Counted from the stretch's first letter, positions 44,797-57,547 are shown. The stretch is 64,000 bases of DNA from Candidatus Omnitrophota bacterium (GCA_003141835.1 PLNR01000002.1:14026-78025), one strand, 5' to 3'. Program-made: numbers and translations. The notes: generated by a model not told the origin, from the sequence alone.

Positions 44797-45101
44797 TACC
44801 CCAGAGCCATTTTCTTATATTGGGCGCCGTACTCTTCGCGATAGGGCTTTACGGCGCGCTGACCCGCAGGACCGCCATCGGCATACTGATGTCGATCGAG
44901 CTCATCCTTAACGCGGCGAACATAAACCTTATCACCTTCAATAAATTCCTGGGCAGCCCCGACGGGCTCGGCCAGATATTCGCGTTATTCGTCATCGCTA
45001 TTGCCGCCGCATCGGCCGTGGTCGGCCTTGTGCTCGTCATAGCCGTATACAGGAACATGAAGACAATATTCACCGAAAAGATGAACATGCTCAAATGGTA
45101 A
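44793..45101 (+). CDS. nuoK: NADH-quinone oxidoreductase subunit K
   Basis: LF.IG, LMSIEL.LNA, GQIF. Confidence 0.92.
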   Translation: MIPQSHFLILGAVLFAIGLYGALTRRTAIGILMSIELILNAANINLITFNKFLGSPDGLGQIFALFVIAIAAASAVVGLVLVIAVYRNMKTIFTEKMNMLKW

Positions 45102-46975
45102 AATACGCGCACCTTATACCGCTATTCCCGTTCATGGCTTTCGCCATAAACATCTTCTTCGGGCGCAGGCTCAAAAAGGCGAGCGCGTTCGTTTCCATAG
45201 CCGCTTCCTCTATTGCCCTGCTTATTGCGGCCGTAACCTTCATCGGGAATTCAAACGGCGAGGGCTCATACAGCGTAGTGAAATGGGTATTCTTAAACGG
45301 CGTCCCGCTCGATTTCGGGGTCACGATAGATCCGCTCACCTGCATGATGCTGCTGGTCGTCACTATCGTAGGGACGCTGATACAGATATATTCCATGGGG
45401 TATATGCATGACGACGCGAGGTTCTCGAGGTTCTTCGCGTACATGTCGCTCTTTATGGGCTCGATGCTCGGCTTATTGCTGGCCGATAATTTCGTCATGC
45501 TCTATATATTCTGGGAGGGCGTCGGCCTTTGCTCATATCTTTTGATATCGTTCTGGTTCGAGAAGCCGGCGGCAGCGAAGGCCGGCATGAAAGCGTTCAT
45601 AACGACCAGGATAGGCGACACCGGGCTCCTGATAGGCATACTGCTCCTCTTCTTCTCGACAAAAACCCTGTATTTCAGGGACTTGGCAGGCCTCGCGATA
45701 AACGATACCACGATCACGGCCGTCGGCATCCTCATATTCTGCGGCGCAATAGGAAAATCTGCGCAATTCCCCCTGCATGTCTGGCTGCCTGACGCGATGG
45801 AAGGCCCGACGCCGGTCTCGGCGTTGATACACGCGGCTACGATGGTCGCGGCAGGCGTATACCTTATCGCGCGCTGCTACGGGCTGTTCATCTCCCACCA
45901 CGCCGCCCTTGTTACGGTCGCCTATGTCGGCGCGATAACCGCATTCATGGCCGCCTCGATCGCATTGGTAAACAACGACATAAAACGCATACTCGCTTAC
46001 TCGACGATAAGCCAATTAGGGCTCATGATGCTGGGCCTCGGCGTCGGCGGTCTCGAGGCAGGCACTTTCCATCTAATGACGCACGCGTTCTTCAAGGCCC
46101 TGCTCTTCCTTTGCGCCGGAAGCATCATACATTCGATACACGTGGATGATGACCCGGCGATACATACCCAGGACATACGCAAGATGGGCGGGCTCTTCCC
46201 GAAAATGAGGATAACGGGCACGACGTTTATAATCGCCGGCCTGGCTATCGCAGGAATACCTCCGTTATCCGGCTTCTGGTCTAAGGATGAACTCCTCTCC
46301 GAGATAATAAATACCGGCCATCCGGTGTTGTTTGCCGTCGCATCGCTTACAAGCCTGATGACGGCGTTCTATATCTTCCGCCTTATCTTCCTCGTCCTCT
46401 TCGGTAAGATGAGGCCCGGCGTGCGCGTCCATGAATCGCCGTATGTGATGACGGTCCCCTTAAGCGTCCTCGCGGTATTTTCCGTGGTTGCCGGATTTTT
46501 CAGGCCGATGCGCCCTGACTTCCTCACTATGGGAGTATCAACGGCGGTAGCCGTCATCGGGATAGGCCTCGCCTATTCTTTTTACATACTCAACAACAAG
46601 ATACTCTCGGCCGACATACGCTCCAGGTTCGCTTTCCTTTACAGGCTGCTCTCTAATAAATATTATATAGACGAGATATACGAGGCGGTATTCATAAAAC
46701 CCTGCTTCCGGATCGCGGAGTCGGCCGCCAGGTTCGACCTGGGCGTGGTGGACGGGGCGGTGAACCTCACGGCGCGCATCTCCGTCGTCGCGAGCAAGAT
46801 ACAGTCCTGGTTCGACCTCTATATCGTCGACGGGATAGTGAACATGATCGCGAATATCACGTGGCTCTGCTCCGCAATATTCCGCAGGCTCCAGACCGGC
46901 CTCGTGCAAAATTACATACTGATAGCGTTCTTCGGACTGGCAATAATAATACTGATAAAATTGATAGGAGGTTAG
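45095..46975 (+). CDS. nuoL: NADH-quinone oxidoreductase subunit L
   Basis: WEGVG, KSAQFPLHVWLPDAMEGPTPVSALIHAATMV, HAFFKALLF. Confidence 0.95.
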   Translation: MVKYAHLIPLFPFMAFAINIFFGRRLKKASAFVSIAASSIALLIAAVTFIGNSNGEGSYSVVKWVFLNGVPLDFGVTIDPLTCMMLLVVTIVGTLIQIYSMGYMHDDARFSRFFAYMSLFMGSMLGLLLADNFVMLYIFWEGVGLCSYLLISFWFEKPAAAKAGMKAFITTRIGDTGLLIGILLLFFSTKTLYFRDLAGLAINDTTITAVGILIFCGAIGKSAQFPLHVWLPDAMEGPTPVSALIHAATMVAAGVYLIARCYGLFISHHAALVTVAYVGAITAFMAASIALVNNDIKRILAYSTISQLGLMMLGLGVGGLEAGTFHLMTHAFFKALLFLCAGSIIHSIHVDDDPAIHTQDIRKMGGLFPKMRITGTTFIIAGLAIAGIPPLSGFWSKDELLSEIINTGHPVLFAVASLTSLMTAFYIFRLIFLVLFGKMRPGVRVHESPYVMTVPLSVLAVFSVVAGFFRPMRPDFLTMGVSTAVAVIGIGLAYSFYILNNKILSADIRSRFAFLYRLLSNKYYIDEIYEAVFIKPCFRIAESAARFDLGVVDGAVNLTARISVVASKIQSWFDLYIVDGIVNMIANITWLCSAIFRRLQTGLVQNYILIAFFGLAIIILIKLIGG

Positions 46976-46976
46976 A

Positions 46977-48461
46977 ATGCCCTTTCCCTTATTGACGTCG
47001 ATAATCTTCCTGCCGCTCCTCGGCGGCCTGCTCATACTATTTACGCCGAAAGAGAGGACCGGGACGATCAAGGCGATAGCCACGGCTGCCACGGGACTGG
47101 CCCTGCTTTTGGCCGTTGCCCTGGTCCTGAAATTCGATTGCGGGAATACGGCTATGCAGTTTTCCGAGAAGATGCCATGGATAAATGCTGGACAGATGAA
47201 CGTAAATTACCACCTCGGCGTCGACGGGATAAGCATCGGCCTTGTATTCCTGTCCGCGCTCCTGGGTTTCTTCGCCTGCATCGGCTCCTACGGGATAAAA
47301 GAACGCCAGAAGGAATACTATTTCCTGTACCTCCTGCTGAATACCGGCCTGCTCGGGACGTTTTTGGCGCTCGACCTCTTCCTCTTCTATGTATTCTGGG
47401 AGATAGTCCTGGTGCCGATGTATTTCCTGATAGGGATATGGGGAGGGCCGAGGAAAGAATACGCGGCGATCAAGTTCTTCATATATACCCTGGCCGGTTC
47501 GGTATTCATGCTCCTTTCGATACTGGCGCTTTATTTCACGTCGAACCCCCACACATTCAGCATGCTCGAGCTCGCAAATAGCGGAAGTACGCTGGCAAGG
47601 GGTTTCCAGATAGCGTTATTCGTCGGATTTTACCTGGCTTTTGCCATCAAGGTCCCGGTCTTCCCGTTCCATACGTGGTTGCCTGACGCGCATGTCGAGG
47701 CGCCTACGCCGATAAGCGTACTGCTTGCCGGCGTCCTCCTTAAGATGGGCGGGTACGGCTTTTTCAGGATAAGCTTCCCGATATTAAAGGACGCGGCGAT
47801 ATACTTCGCGCTTCCCTTTGCAATACTCGGGCTGATAAATATCGTTTACGGCGCGTTCGTGGCCATGGCGCAGACGGATTTCAAGAAGATGGTCGCGTAT
47901 TCGTCGGTAAGCCACATGGGTTTCGTGATGCTCGGCCTCGCAAGCATGACCGTTACCGGGTTTAACGGCGCGCTGATGCAGATGTTCAACCACGGCGTGA
48001 TAACCGGCGGCATGTTCCTCCTCGTCGGCGTCCTCTACGACCGGGCGCACACCAGGGACCTCGACAAGTTCGGCGGGCTAGGCGTAAAAATGCCGGTCTA
48101 CGCGGGCATCCTTACGGTCTTTACGCTCGCCTCGCTCGGCCTGCCCGGGTTGAGCGGTTTCGTGAGCGAGTTCATGTCGTTGATGGGCGGCTTCGCCGCG
48201 TTCAGGCTGATAACCATAATATCGGTCCTCGGGATGGTAATAACCGCCGGATATTTCCTCTATATGATACAGCGCGTATTATTGGGGCCGTTTAACCAGA
48301 AATGGTCGAATATAACCGACATAAGCAGGCGCGAGGTATTCACGCTCGCCCCGCTGATGACCTTGATGATAGCTATCGGCGTATATCCCCTGCTGATACT
48401 TAACTTCCAGTCCCCGGCGATAATCAATCTGATACAGCATATCGGAGGAAAGTTATTTTGA
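46977..48461 (+). CDS. nuoM: NADH-quinone oxidoreductase subunit M
   Basis: FWE, IKVP.FPFHTWLPDAHVEAP, LLKMG, YSSVSHMG. Confidence 0.95.
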   Translation: MPFPLLTSIIFLPLLGGLLILFTPKERTGTIKAIATAATGLALLLAVALVLKFDCGNTAMQFSEKMPWINAGQMNVNYHLGVDGISIGLVFLSALLGFFACIGSYGIKERQKEYYFLYLLLNTGLLGTFLALDLFLFYVFWEIVLVPMYFLIGIWGGPRKEYAAIKFFIYTLAGSVFMLLSILALYFTSNPHTFSMLELANSGSTLARGFQIALFVGFYLAFAIKVPVFPFHTWLPDAHVEAPTPISVLLAGVLLKMGGYGFFRISFPILKDAAIYFALPFAILGLINIVYGAFVAMAQTDFKKMVAYSSVSHMGFVMLGLASMTVTGFNGALMQMFNHGVITGGMFLLVGVLYDRAHTRDLDKFGGLGVKMPVYAGILTVFTLASLGLPGLSGFVSEFMSLMGGFAAFRLITIISVLGMVITAGYFLYMIQRVLLGPFNQKWSNITDISRREVFTLAPLMTLMIAIGVYPLLILNFQSPAIINLIQHIGGKLF

Positions 48462-49903
48462 GCGTGTTACTCAGCGTAAAATATTTTTTGCCTGAAATAG
48501 CGTTGACCGGGTTCGCTGTCGCTGTCCTCCTCCTGGGTCTTTTTATAAAAAAGAGGATGGTCCTCGGCCCGTTCTGCCTGCTCGGGATATTGTGCGCGGT
48601 CCTGCTCATGCCGCAAAGCTACAAGGCGACATCGCCTCTCTTCTCAGGCATGCTCATCAACGACTCGTTCTCCGAGTTCTTCAAGGAGATCGTATTTCTC
48701 GTCGCCGGCCTCGTCATCCTCGTCTCGATGGGGTACAGGGTGTTTTCCGACGAGGACGCCGGAGAGTACTATTTCCTCCTCCTCGCCGTATCCGTGGCGA
48801 TGATGATAGCCGCCTCGTCGAATAACCTCATGATGATATATATCGCCCTCGAAGCGGTCTCGCTCATATCTTATATCCTCGTCGGCTTCCTGAAGAGGGA
48901 CCGGCATTCGAGCGAAGCGGGCCTGAAATATTTCCTCTTCGGCGCTCTCGCGACCGGCGTGATGCTTTACGGCATATCTTTCATATACGGCCTCTTCGGC
49001 ACGACCGACCTAGCGGTCATAAGCCAGCTCCTGGCAGCAGGAAATGTTAATATTTTCGCTTCGACGATATCTTTACTGTTGATACTCGCGGGGTTGAGTT
49101 TCAAATGCGCCCTCGTGCCGTTCCATATGTGGGTGCCGGACGCTTATCAGGGCGCGCCGACGCCCATAACCGCGTTCATATCAGCCGGGCCGAAGGCGAT
49201 AGGTTTCGCGATACTCATACGCGTATTCCTCAAGAATTTTTTCCCGCTATTCCCGGCATGGTCCGAGTTGGTCTCCGTCATCGCGATAATAACGATGACC
49301 GCGGGAAATATCCTCGCAATAAACCAGGAGGATATAAAGAGGATGCTGGCGTACTCGTCCATAGCCCAGGCCGGATACATATTGATCGGGTTTGTCGTCG
49401 GGACGGCTCTCGGCATACAGGGCATGATGTTCTACATACTCGCTTACGTATTGATGAACATCGGCGCGTTCGGCTGCGTGGTACTCATATCGAACGGCCT
49501 AAAGAGCGACCGTATCGAAGAATACTCCGGCCTCTCGAAACGGGAACCGGTCCTGGCATTCCTCCTGGCCGTCTTCCTCCTCTCGCTTGCAGGGATCCCG
49601 CCGCTGGCGGGCTTCTTCGGGAAATTCCTCGTTTTTGCGGCCGCGATACAATCCAGGTATTACATCCTGGCAATAGCGGCCGTGGCAAACAGCGTCCTGG
49701 CGGTCTATTATTACGTCAAAGTCATCAAATTCATGTATCTCGATGAGCCGCGCGCGGGAACACCCGTATCTGCACGGCCTGTTTTCGGCGCAACCGGGTC
49801 CATGGCCGTAAAACTCGCCCTGATAATAGCCCTTGCCGGGATACTTGTCGCAGGCCTATTCCCCGGCCTTTTCATCGGATGGATATCAGCGTCGTTACTT
49901 TAG
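48458..49903 (+). CDS. nuoN: NADH-quinone oxidoreductase subunit N
   Basis: EAGLKYF, FK...VPFHMWVPDAYQGAP, KRMLAYSSI, SLAGIPP. Confidence 0.95.
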   Translation: MSVLLSVKYFLPEIALTGFAVAVLLLGLFIKKRMVLGPFCLLGILCAVLLMPQSYKATSPLFSGMLINDSFSEFFKEIVFLVAGLVILVSMGYRVFSDEDAGEYYFLLLAVSVAMMIAASSNNLMMIYIALEAVSLISYILVGFLKRDRHSSEAGLKYFLFGALATGVMLYGISFIYGLFGTTDLAVISQLLAAGNVNIFASTISLLLILAGLSFKCALVPFHMWVPDAYQGAPTPITAFISAGPKAIGFAILIRVFLKNFFPLFPAWSELVSVIAIITMTAGNILAINQEDIKRMLAYSSIAQAGYILIGFVVGTALGIQGMMFYILAYVLMNIGAFGCVVLISNGLKSDRIEEYSGLSKREPVLAFLLAVFLLSLAGIPPLAGFFGKFLVFAAAIQSRYYILAIAAVANSVLAVYYYVKVIKFMYLDEPRAGTPVSARPVFGATGSMAVKLALIIALAGILVAGLFPGLFIGWISASLL

Positions 49904-49911
49904 GAGATGCA

Positions 49912-51042
49912 ATGAAGAAAGCGTGCCTTTTTGTCCTCCTTCTTCTCGCTACGGCCTGGCTTCCCCTGCCTGCGGGCGCGGATACCGTTAAACTTAAGAA
50001 AGACGGTAATCTCACCGGCATTATCAAGCAGGAAGACGAGACCTCGATCACCCTGCAAATAGGCATGGGCACGATGAGGATACAAAAAAGCGAAATAGAG
50101 TCTATCCATAAAGCCGGTGAAAAAGAGAACGATATCCTGGAAGGCTCCTTCAGGAAGGCCGCCATAGAAAGGGGGACTTTCGTGCCGCAGGGGCTGGAGG
50201 CAATGGCGGAAAAATTAAAGGATATAGCCGGCAACAGGAGGAGTGTCGACGGCGCCAAGTCCAGGCTCGAGTCCCTGAGGCAAAAGCTCGACGACGATAC
50301 CGATAAATTCAGGTCGCTCAGGGCCGATTTCGACAAAAAGAATGCGGAAGTGCACGGGATGGACCCGAAAAGCGACGTCACGCAGTATAACGGCCTTATT
50401 ACCGAGCTTAACATGGCGAGCGTCAGGATCTCTGCGCTCTCGGAAGAGCTGAACAAGATAAACCCGAAGGTCTCGGAATACCAGGCTGCATACTGGAAGG
50501 CGATAACCGAGTACGGCAACGAGATCGGGGACCTCGAAATATACATCGATAAGACGGATGAAACCCTCAAAAAGCGCGGGATGGCCGACGACGAATCCCT
50601 TTACATCGAAACCGTGAGGAAATCGCTCGCTGACCTGCAGAGGACCTTGAACAGGGACACGGTCGCGGTCTCAAAAACCGACCACGGCATGACGGTAAAA
50701 GCGGTGCTTAACGGCGAGGTCACGTGCCTTTTGGCCGTCGATACAGGCGCGGCCGTAGTTGTGATAACTAAATCGCTCGCAGACAGGCTTGAGATAAATC
50801 CCAACGATTCGCAGGAAGACGTGCAATTCATGCTTGCCGACGGCAGTATCATAAAAAGCAAGGTTGTCAAGATAAAGAGCGTAAGGGTCGGTAACTCCAC
50901 GATACATGATGTCGCGGCGGCTGTCACGGATAAGGCGCCCGGCGCGGGAGTGGACGGGCTCTTGGGCATGTCCTTCCTGGGCAACTTCAACATCAAGATG
51001 GATGTCGCGAACGGGCAGCTGGTGCTGGAAACGATAAAATAA
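49912..51042 (+). CDS. Exported coiled-coil protein with C-terminal retropepsin-like aspartyl protease
   Basis: Signal peptide then ADTVKLK; long coiled coil; VDTGA, LADG, GLLGMSFL. Confidence 0.85.
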   Translation: MKKACLFVLLLLATAWLPLPAGADTVKLKKDGNLTGIIKQEDETSITLQIGMGTMRIQKSEIESIHKAGEKENDILEGSFRKAAIERGTFVPQGLEAMAEKLKDIAGNRRSVDGAKSRLESLRQKLDDDTDKFRSLRADFDKKNAEVHGMDPKSDVTQYNGLITELNMASVRISALSEELNKINPKVSEYQAAYWKAITEYGNEIGDLEIYIDKTDETLKKRGMADDESLYIETVRKSLADLQRTLNRDTVAVSKTDHGMTVKAVLNGEVTCLLAVDTGAAVVVITKSLADRLEINPNDSQEDVQFMLADGSIIKSKVVKIKSVRVGNSTIHDVAAAVTDKAPGAGVDGLLGMSFLGNFNIKMDVANGQLVLETIK

Positions 51043-51079
51043 CCGTCGGTTGAAAATGTCCTTTCCAATGTGATATAAT

Positions 51080-51346
51080 ATGCATACTGAAGACAGGAAA
51101 AAGGCGGATTTTTACAAGTGGACGAAGATATGGGGGCTTATTTCCTTTGTGCCCGTCGTCCTGGCCGCAGGACCTCTCGCAGGATACTTCCTGGGTGACT
51201 ATTTAGAGAAGAAGATCGGGCACGCGCCTTACCTGTCCCTCGTCTGCTTGGCGCTCGGTTTTTTCACGAGCATAAGGGAGATAATAAAAATATTGAAGCT
51301 CGTCCAGAAGACGGACGCGAAGCCGGATAAACCCGAAAAACCGTAA
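51080..51346 (+). CDS. AtpZ/AtpI-family ATP synthase accessory protein
   Basis: Two TM, GYFLG.YL, first gene of the atp operon. Confidence 0.8.
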   Translation: MHTEDRKKADFYKWTKIWGLISFVPVVLAAGPLAGYFLGDYLEKKIGHAPYLSLVCLALGFFTSIREIIKILKLVQKTDAKPDKPEKP

Positions 51347-52098
51347 TGATAGAGACGCACGCAGCACAACCCGAACTGCAAAACTTCATCGGCCTTCTCG
51401 CGGAGAAGCTCGAGGGCACCCCTTTTGCGCATTTCCTCCTTATCTGGGAGAATGTGATATTCTCGCTGATAATAGTGGCGATCATATCCCTGCTCGCCTA
51501 TTTCGCCTCGAGAAAGAGCTCGATGATCCCGGGCAGGCTGCAGCTCTTCATGGAATTGCTCGTAGGCGGGCTCGATGATTTTGTCTGCGGAATACTCGGC
51601 CCCGACGGGAAAAGGTTCACCCCGTTCATCGGGACATTGTTTATATATATCCTCTTCATGAACCTCTTCGGGCTCATCCCGTTCTTCAAATCGTCGACGG
51701 CAAACCTTTCGACGACGGTCGCGCTCGCGCTCTGCGTATTCCTCTACGTCCAATATACCGCGGTAAAAGAGAACGGCGTGCTCGGGTATATAGACCACCT
51801 TATGGGCAACCCGCGCGGGATAATCGCCTTTACCGTCTTCATACCGGTGCTCCTCTTCTTTATTCATATAATATCCGAACTTGTAAAACCCTTGAGCCTG
51901 GCGTTACGTCTCCGCAGCAATATCTGGGCAGAGGATATGCTGCTTGCCGTATCGGCGCAATTCGGGATCGGCGGGGTGCCGTTATTCCTGTTCAACATGC
52001 TCTTAGTCATATTAAGCGGTATCATGCAGGCGGTAGTCTTCAGCCTCCTGACCACCGTTTATTTCGCGTTAGTACTGCCGCACCACGAAGAAACATAA
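51346..52098 (+). CDS. atpB: ATP synthase subunit a
   Basis: PGRLQ..E, N..GLIP, KPLSLALRL, Q..VF..L. Confidence 0.95.
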   Translation: MIETHAAQPELQNFIGLLAEKLEGTPFAHFLLIWENVIFSLIIVAIISLLAYFASRKSSMIPGRLQLFMELLVGGLDDFVCGILGPDGKRFTPFIGTLFIYILFMNLFGLIPFFKSSTANLSTTVALALCVFLYVQYTAVKENGVLGYIDHLMGNPRGIIAFTVFIPVLLFFIHIISELVKPLSLALRLRSNIWAEDMLLAVSAQFGIGGVPLFLFNMLLVILSGIMQAVVFSLLTTVYFALVLPHHEET

Positions 52099-52120
52099 TA
52101 CCTAAACAAGGAGGAAACAA

Positions 52121-52351
52121 ATGGACTACAAGGCAATGCTTTCGATCTCGGTCCCGATAGGGCTGGCGATCGCGGCATTCGGTTCCGCCATCGCGCTCGG
52201 AAGGGCCGTAGCTGCGGCCATGGAAGCGACTGCGAGGCAACCTGAGGCGTCGATGAAGATACTCATCAACATGATCGCGGGTTGCGCGCTTATAGAGGCC
52301 CTCACGATCTACGCTTTAGTGCTCTCTTTCTCTCTTCTCGGAAAGATATGA
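52121..52351 (+). CDS. atpE: ATP synthase subunit c
   Basis: ARQPE loop, ALIEALTIY. Confidence 0.95.
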   Translation: MDYKAMLSISVPIGLAIAAFGSAIALGRAVAAAMEATARQPEASMKILINMIAGCALIEALTIYALVLSFSLLGKI

Positions 52352-52362
52352 TAGATTAAGAG

Positions 52363-52872
52363 ATGGACCTACTAAAGCTGCTCACGACCAATGAGATAGT
52401 CGCGCAGATAATAAGCTTCCTTCTGCTTATGGCCCTTTTGCGCGTATTCGCCTGGAAGAAGCTCCTTAACCTGCTCGACGAAAGGCGGGCCAGGATAGCC
52501 TCGGAATTCAAGAAGATCGAGGATGCCCAGGCTGCGATCGAGCGGATGAGGGTTGACTACGACAAGAAACTCGCCGGTATCGAGGCTGAGTCCCGCGCCA
52601 GGATACAGGAGGCGATCAACGAGGGGAAACAGGTCTCGCAGGAGATCAGGGAGAACGCGCGGCAGGAAGCCCGCTCCATCCTCGATAAGGCGCAGGAGAA
52701 CATAGAGAACGAGCTCACCAAGGCCAAGCATGAGCTGAAACAAAGGGTCGTCGAACTGACTCTCGGCACGACCGAAAAACTCCTCAAAGAGAAGATATCC
52801 GGAGATAAGGACAAGCAGCTCGCCTCTGATTTCCTCGATGAGCTGGAGAAGGTCAAAGGAGGCGAAGGATGA
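52363..52872 (+). CDS. atpF: ATP synthase subunit b
   Basis: N-terminal TM, LDERR..I, coiled coil. Confidence 0.93.
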   Translation: MDLLKLLTTNEIVAQIISFLLLMALLRVFAWKKLLNLLDERRARIASEFKKIEDAQAAIERMRVDYDKKLAGIEAESRARIQEAINEGKQVSQEIRENARQEARSILDKAQENIENELTKAKHELKQRVVELTLGTTEKLLKEKISGDKDKQLASDFLDELEKVKGGEG

Positions 52873-53417
52873 GCGACAGGGCCGTCGCGAGAAGATATGC
52901 CGAAGGGTTCCTGGCCTTCTCAAAAGAGACGATTGGCACGAAAAAAGGCCTCGAGGAGATAATCTCTTTCGGCGAGGCCCTGGATAAAAACCCGGAGCTT
53001 TTGAGGTTCATGGAGAATCCGGAGATAACCTATGCCGAAAAATCCGGGTTCGTGGATGCGGCCTTCAAGTCCATCCTCTCTGACGAGACGCGGGGATTCA
53101 TAAAATTGATAATCGAGAAACGCCGCAGCGAAGAAGCGCCCGACATCACGGATGAGGCGAAGATGCTGTACCGCCGCGAAATGGGGATAGAAAAGGCTAT
53201 CATAAAAAGCGCGAAACCGCTGCCGCAGGATATCCTGAAGATGATCAAGGATAAGCTCGAAAGCAAATCGGGCAAGAAGCTCGAATTCGAGATAGCGATA
53301 GACCCCGGCCTCCTCGGCGGCGTGCAGGCGACCGTAGGAAATGTCGTCATAGACGGCTCGGTAAAGAGGAAACTTTCGGAATTGAAGGAATATCTAATGG
53401 AGAGCAAGGTAGACTAA
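52869..53417 (+). CDS. atpH: ATP synthase subunit delta
   Basis: VARRYA, DPGLLGG, IDGSV. Confidence 0.93.
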   Translation: MSDRAVARRYAEGFLAFSKETIGTKKGLEEIISFGEALDKNPELLRFMENPEITYAEKSGFVDAAFKSILSDETRGFIKLIIEKRRSEEAPDITDEAKMLYRREMGIEKAIIKSAKPLPQDILKMIKDKLESKSGKKLEFEIAIDPGLLGGVQATVGNVVIDGSVKRKLSELKEYLMESKVD

Positions 53418-53418
53418 T

Positions 53419-54954
53419 ATGGCGCTGAGACCCGAAGAAGTCGCTTCAGTTATCAAACAGGAATTGGAAAAATTCAAGTCGAAGATGAAGATGGAGTCTG
53501 TCGGCACGGTCCTCCAGGTCGGCGACGGCATCGCCCGCGTATACGGCCTCGACGACGTGATGGCTGGCGAGCTCGTCGAGCTGCCCGGCGGGATCATGGG
53601 TATGGTCCTAAACCTCGAGGAAGAGAGCGTCGGCATGGTCATCTTCGGCTCGGACGAGAACATAAAGGACGGCGACACGGTCAAGAGGACCGGGAAGATC
53701 GTGCAGGTGCCGGTAGGCAAGGCCCTTATCGGGCGCGTCGTCGACGCATTGGGAAACCCCATAGACGATAAAGGCCCTGTCGTGACAGATAAATTCAGGC
53801 CCGTAGAAGGGCATTCCCCAAACGTCATCCAGCGCCAGCCGGTCAAGGAACCCCTGCAGACTGGGATAAAAGCCATCGATTCGATGATACCCATAGGCCG
53901 CGGCCAGCGCGAACTTATAATCGGAGACAGGCAGATCGGCAAGACCGCGATCGCCATCGATACGATAATCAACCAGAAGGGCAAGGACGTATACTGCATA
54001 TACGTCGCCATAGGGCAAAAGCTTTCCACTATAGTTTCGGTGGCTGAGACACTGGCTAAATACGGTGCCATGGATTATACGGTTATCGTAAGCGCGCCGG
54101 CCGAAGCCCCTGCCCCGCTGCAATACCTGGCCCCGTACGCCGGATGCGCGATGGGCGAGGAGTTCATGTATAATGGCAAACACGCGCTCGTGATATATGA
54201 CGACCTTTCAAAGCACGCGCAGGCGTACAGGCAGCTCTCGCTTTTGTTGAGGCGCCCGCCGGGCCGCGAGGCGTATCCCGGCGACATCTTCTACCTCCAC
54301 TCAAGGCTGCTCGAGCGCGCGGCAAAACTTTCGGATGAACTCGGCGGCGGTTCGCTTACGGCCCTGCCGTTCATCGAGACGCAGGCCGGAGACATAACCA
54401 GCTATATCCCGACGAACGTCATCTCCATCACCGACGGACAGATCTACCTTGAGACCGACCTCTTCTACGCCGGAGTAAGGCCTGCCATAAACGTCGGGCT
54501 TTCGGTATCGCGCGTCGGAGGCAAGGCGCAAACGAAGGCGATGAAAGGCGTCGCCGGAAGGCTGAGGATAGACCTCGCGCAATACCGCGAACTCGTGGCG
54601 TTCGCCCAGTTCGGCTCGGAACTCGACAAGGTGACCCAGGCGCAGCTCACGCGCGGGGAAAGGATGACCGAGATCCTGAAGCAGGGCCAGTACGAGCCCC
54701 TCCCCTTATCAAAGCAGGTCATGATAATCTACGCGGGGACAAAAGGCTATTTCGACGAGATGCCGCTCGACTGGCTGAAGAAATTCGAATCGGATTTCTA
54801 TAAGTTCATGGAACAGAAATACCCTGACGTCGAGCATGAGATAGAGACCAAGAAGGAACTTAGCGACGCGCTGACGAAAAAACTCGATAAGGCAATAATA
54901 GAGTTCAAGAACGAGTTCGTCGAGCCGCTGGTAAAAAATGATACTGTCACTTAG
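53419..54954 (+). CDS. atpA: ATP synthase subunit alpha
   Basis: [31 protein letters not shown]. Confidence 0.98.
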   Translation: MALRPEEVASVIKQELEKFKSKMKMESVGTVLQVGDGIARVYGLDDVMAGELVELPGGIMGMVLNLEEESVGMVIFGSDENIKDGDTVKRTGKIVQVPVGKALIGRVVDALGNPIDDKGPVVTDKFRPVEGHSPNVIQRQPVKEPLQTGIKAIDSMIPIGRGQRELIIGDRQIGKTAIAIDTIINQKGKDVYCIYVAIGQKLSTIVSVAETLAKYGAMDYTVIVSAPAEAPAPLQYLAPYAGCAMGEEFMYNGKHALVIYDDLSKHAQAYRQLSLLLRRPPGREAYPGDIFYLHSRLLERAAKLSDELGGGSLTALPFIETQAGDITSYIPTNVISITDGQIYLETDLFYAGVRPAINVGLSVSRVGGKAQTKAMKGVAGRLRIDLAQYRELVAFAQFGSELDKVTQAQLTRGERMTEILKQGQYEPLPLSKQVMIIYAGTKGYFDEMPLDWLKKFESDFYKFMEQKYPDVEHEIETKKELSDALTKKLDKAIIEFKNEFVEPLVKNDTVT

Positions 54955-55843
54955 GCAGATAAAAAGACGGATAAAGAGCGTCGAGAGCACCAAGAAGATA
55001 ACGCGCGCGATGCAGATGGTCTCCACGGCCAAATTCAAGCGCAGTGAGGACGTGCTCTATGTCGGCAGGCCATATTACCTTAAGCTCGATTCGATACTCA
55101 AAAGGCTCATAACCAGCCTTAATCCGGAAGAGCTGAGCATGCATCCGCTCCTCGAGGAAAGGGCCGAGAAGAAAAATATCGCCGTCTGCGTCATAACATC
55201 GGACAGCGGGCTGTGCAGCGTATACAATAATAACATTATCCGCTTAACCGAAGATTTCATAGCGCAGCACGGGAAGGAAAAGGTAAAACTCGTCGCCATC
55301 GGGCGCAAGGGTTTCGCGTATTTCGCCAAACGGGGGGTGAAGATCGCGAAGAGTTACGTCGGGCTCCACGGCCGGTACTCCCCGGAGACCGCCGACGAGA
55401 TCGCCGACGCCCTCGTCGGGATGTTCCTGAGCGGCGAAATTGATGAGATATACATCGCGCATACGCATTTCGGCGCAACGATGAGGTATTACACGAGGGT
55501 GAGGAAATTCCTGAATATAGTCCCAGCCCCCGCCGGAGTCAGGACGGTGGAACCGAAGGAGCCCTCCGAAAAAGAAGGCGGCGTAGAGTTCATCGCCGAG
55601 CCGAGCATAGAAAGAATATTAAAAGACCTCATACCCCGGTATATTTCAGTCAAGATGAGGTTGATACTTCTCGACGCTTTTACTTCCGAGCATTCGGCGA
55701 GGATGATGGCCATGCAGACGGCGACCGATAATGCCGTCGAATTGATCGACAGCCTAACCATGCTGAGGAACAAGGCGCGGCAGGCCTCAATAACCGGCGA
55801 AGTTCTGCAGGTCGCCACGACAGCTGAAGCCTTGAAAGGCTGA
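54938..55843 (+). CDS. atpG: ATP synthase subunit gamma
   Basis: [27 protein letters not shown]. Confidence 0.96.
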   Translation: MILSLRQIKRRIKSVESTKKITRAMQMVSTAKFKRSEDVLYVGRPYYLKLDSILKRLITSLNPEELSMHPLLEERAEKKNIAVCVITSDSGLCSVYNNNIIRLTEDFIAQHGKEKVKLVAIGRKGFAYFAKRGVKIAKSYVGLHGRYSPETADEIADALVGMFLSGEIDEIYIAHTHFGATMRYYTRVRKFLNIVPAPAGVRTVEPKEPSEKEGGVEFIAEPSIERILKDLIPRYISVKMRLILLDAFTSEHSARMMAMQTATDNAVELIDSLTMLRNKARQASITGEVLQVATTAEALKG

Positions 55844-57274
<1,431 letters not shown>

Positions 57275-57280
57275 CGACCG

Positions 57281-57547
57281 ATGGCCGAAAGATTATTTAA
57301 AATAAGCATATCTACGCCTGAAAAAACGATATTCGAAGGCGAGATATCGTCGCTTGTGGCGCCGGGCGAGGAGGGTTATTTCGGGGTGCTGGTCGACCAC
57401 GCCCCGCTCATCGCTAACTTAGTACCCGGAAAGATAACTATCAAGGACGGGGGACTTCCTACTATATTCAAGTGTAAAAGTACCGGCATACTCGAAGTCC
57501 TCAAGAACAACGTCAATATCCTGGTGGATTCCGCGGAGCGCGCATGA
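57281..57547 (+). CDS. atpC: ATP synthase subunit epsilon (short, beta-sandwich only)
   Basis: TPE, G..G.L..HAP; 88 aa. Confidence 0.9.
   Translation: MAERLFKISISTPEKTIFEGEISSLVAPGEEGYFGVLVDHAPLIANLVPGKITIKDGGLPTIFKCKSTGILEVLKNNVNILVDSAERA

Noticed and set aside
51050-51079. TTGAAA-18-TATAAT as the atp operon promoter
   Set aside because: The -10 abuts the annotated ATG at 51080, so the transcript would start inside the gene; not called without start-site data
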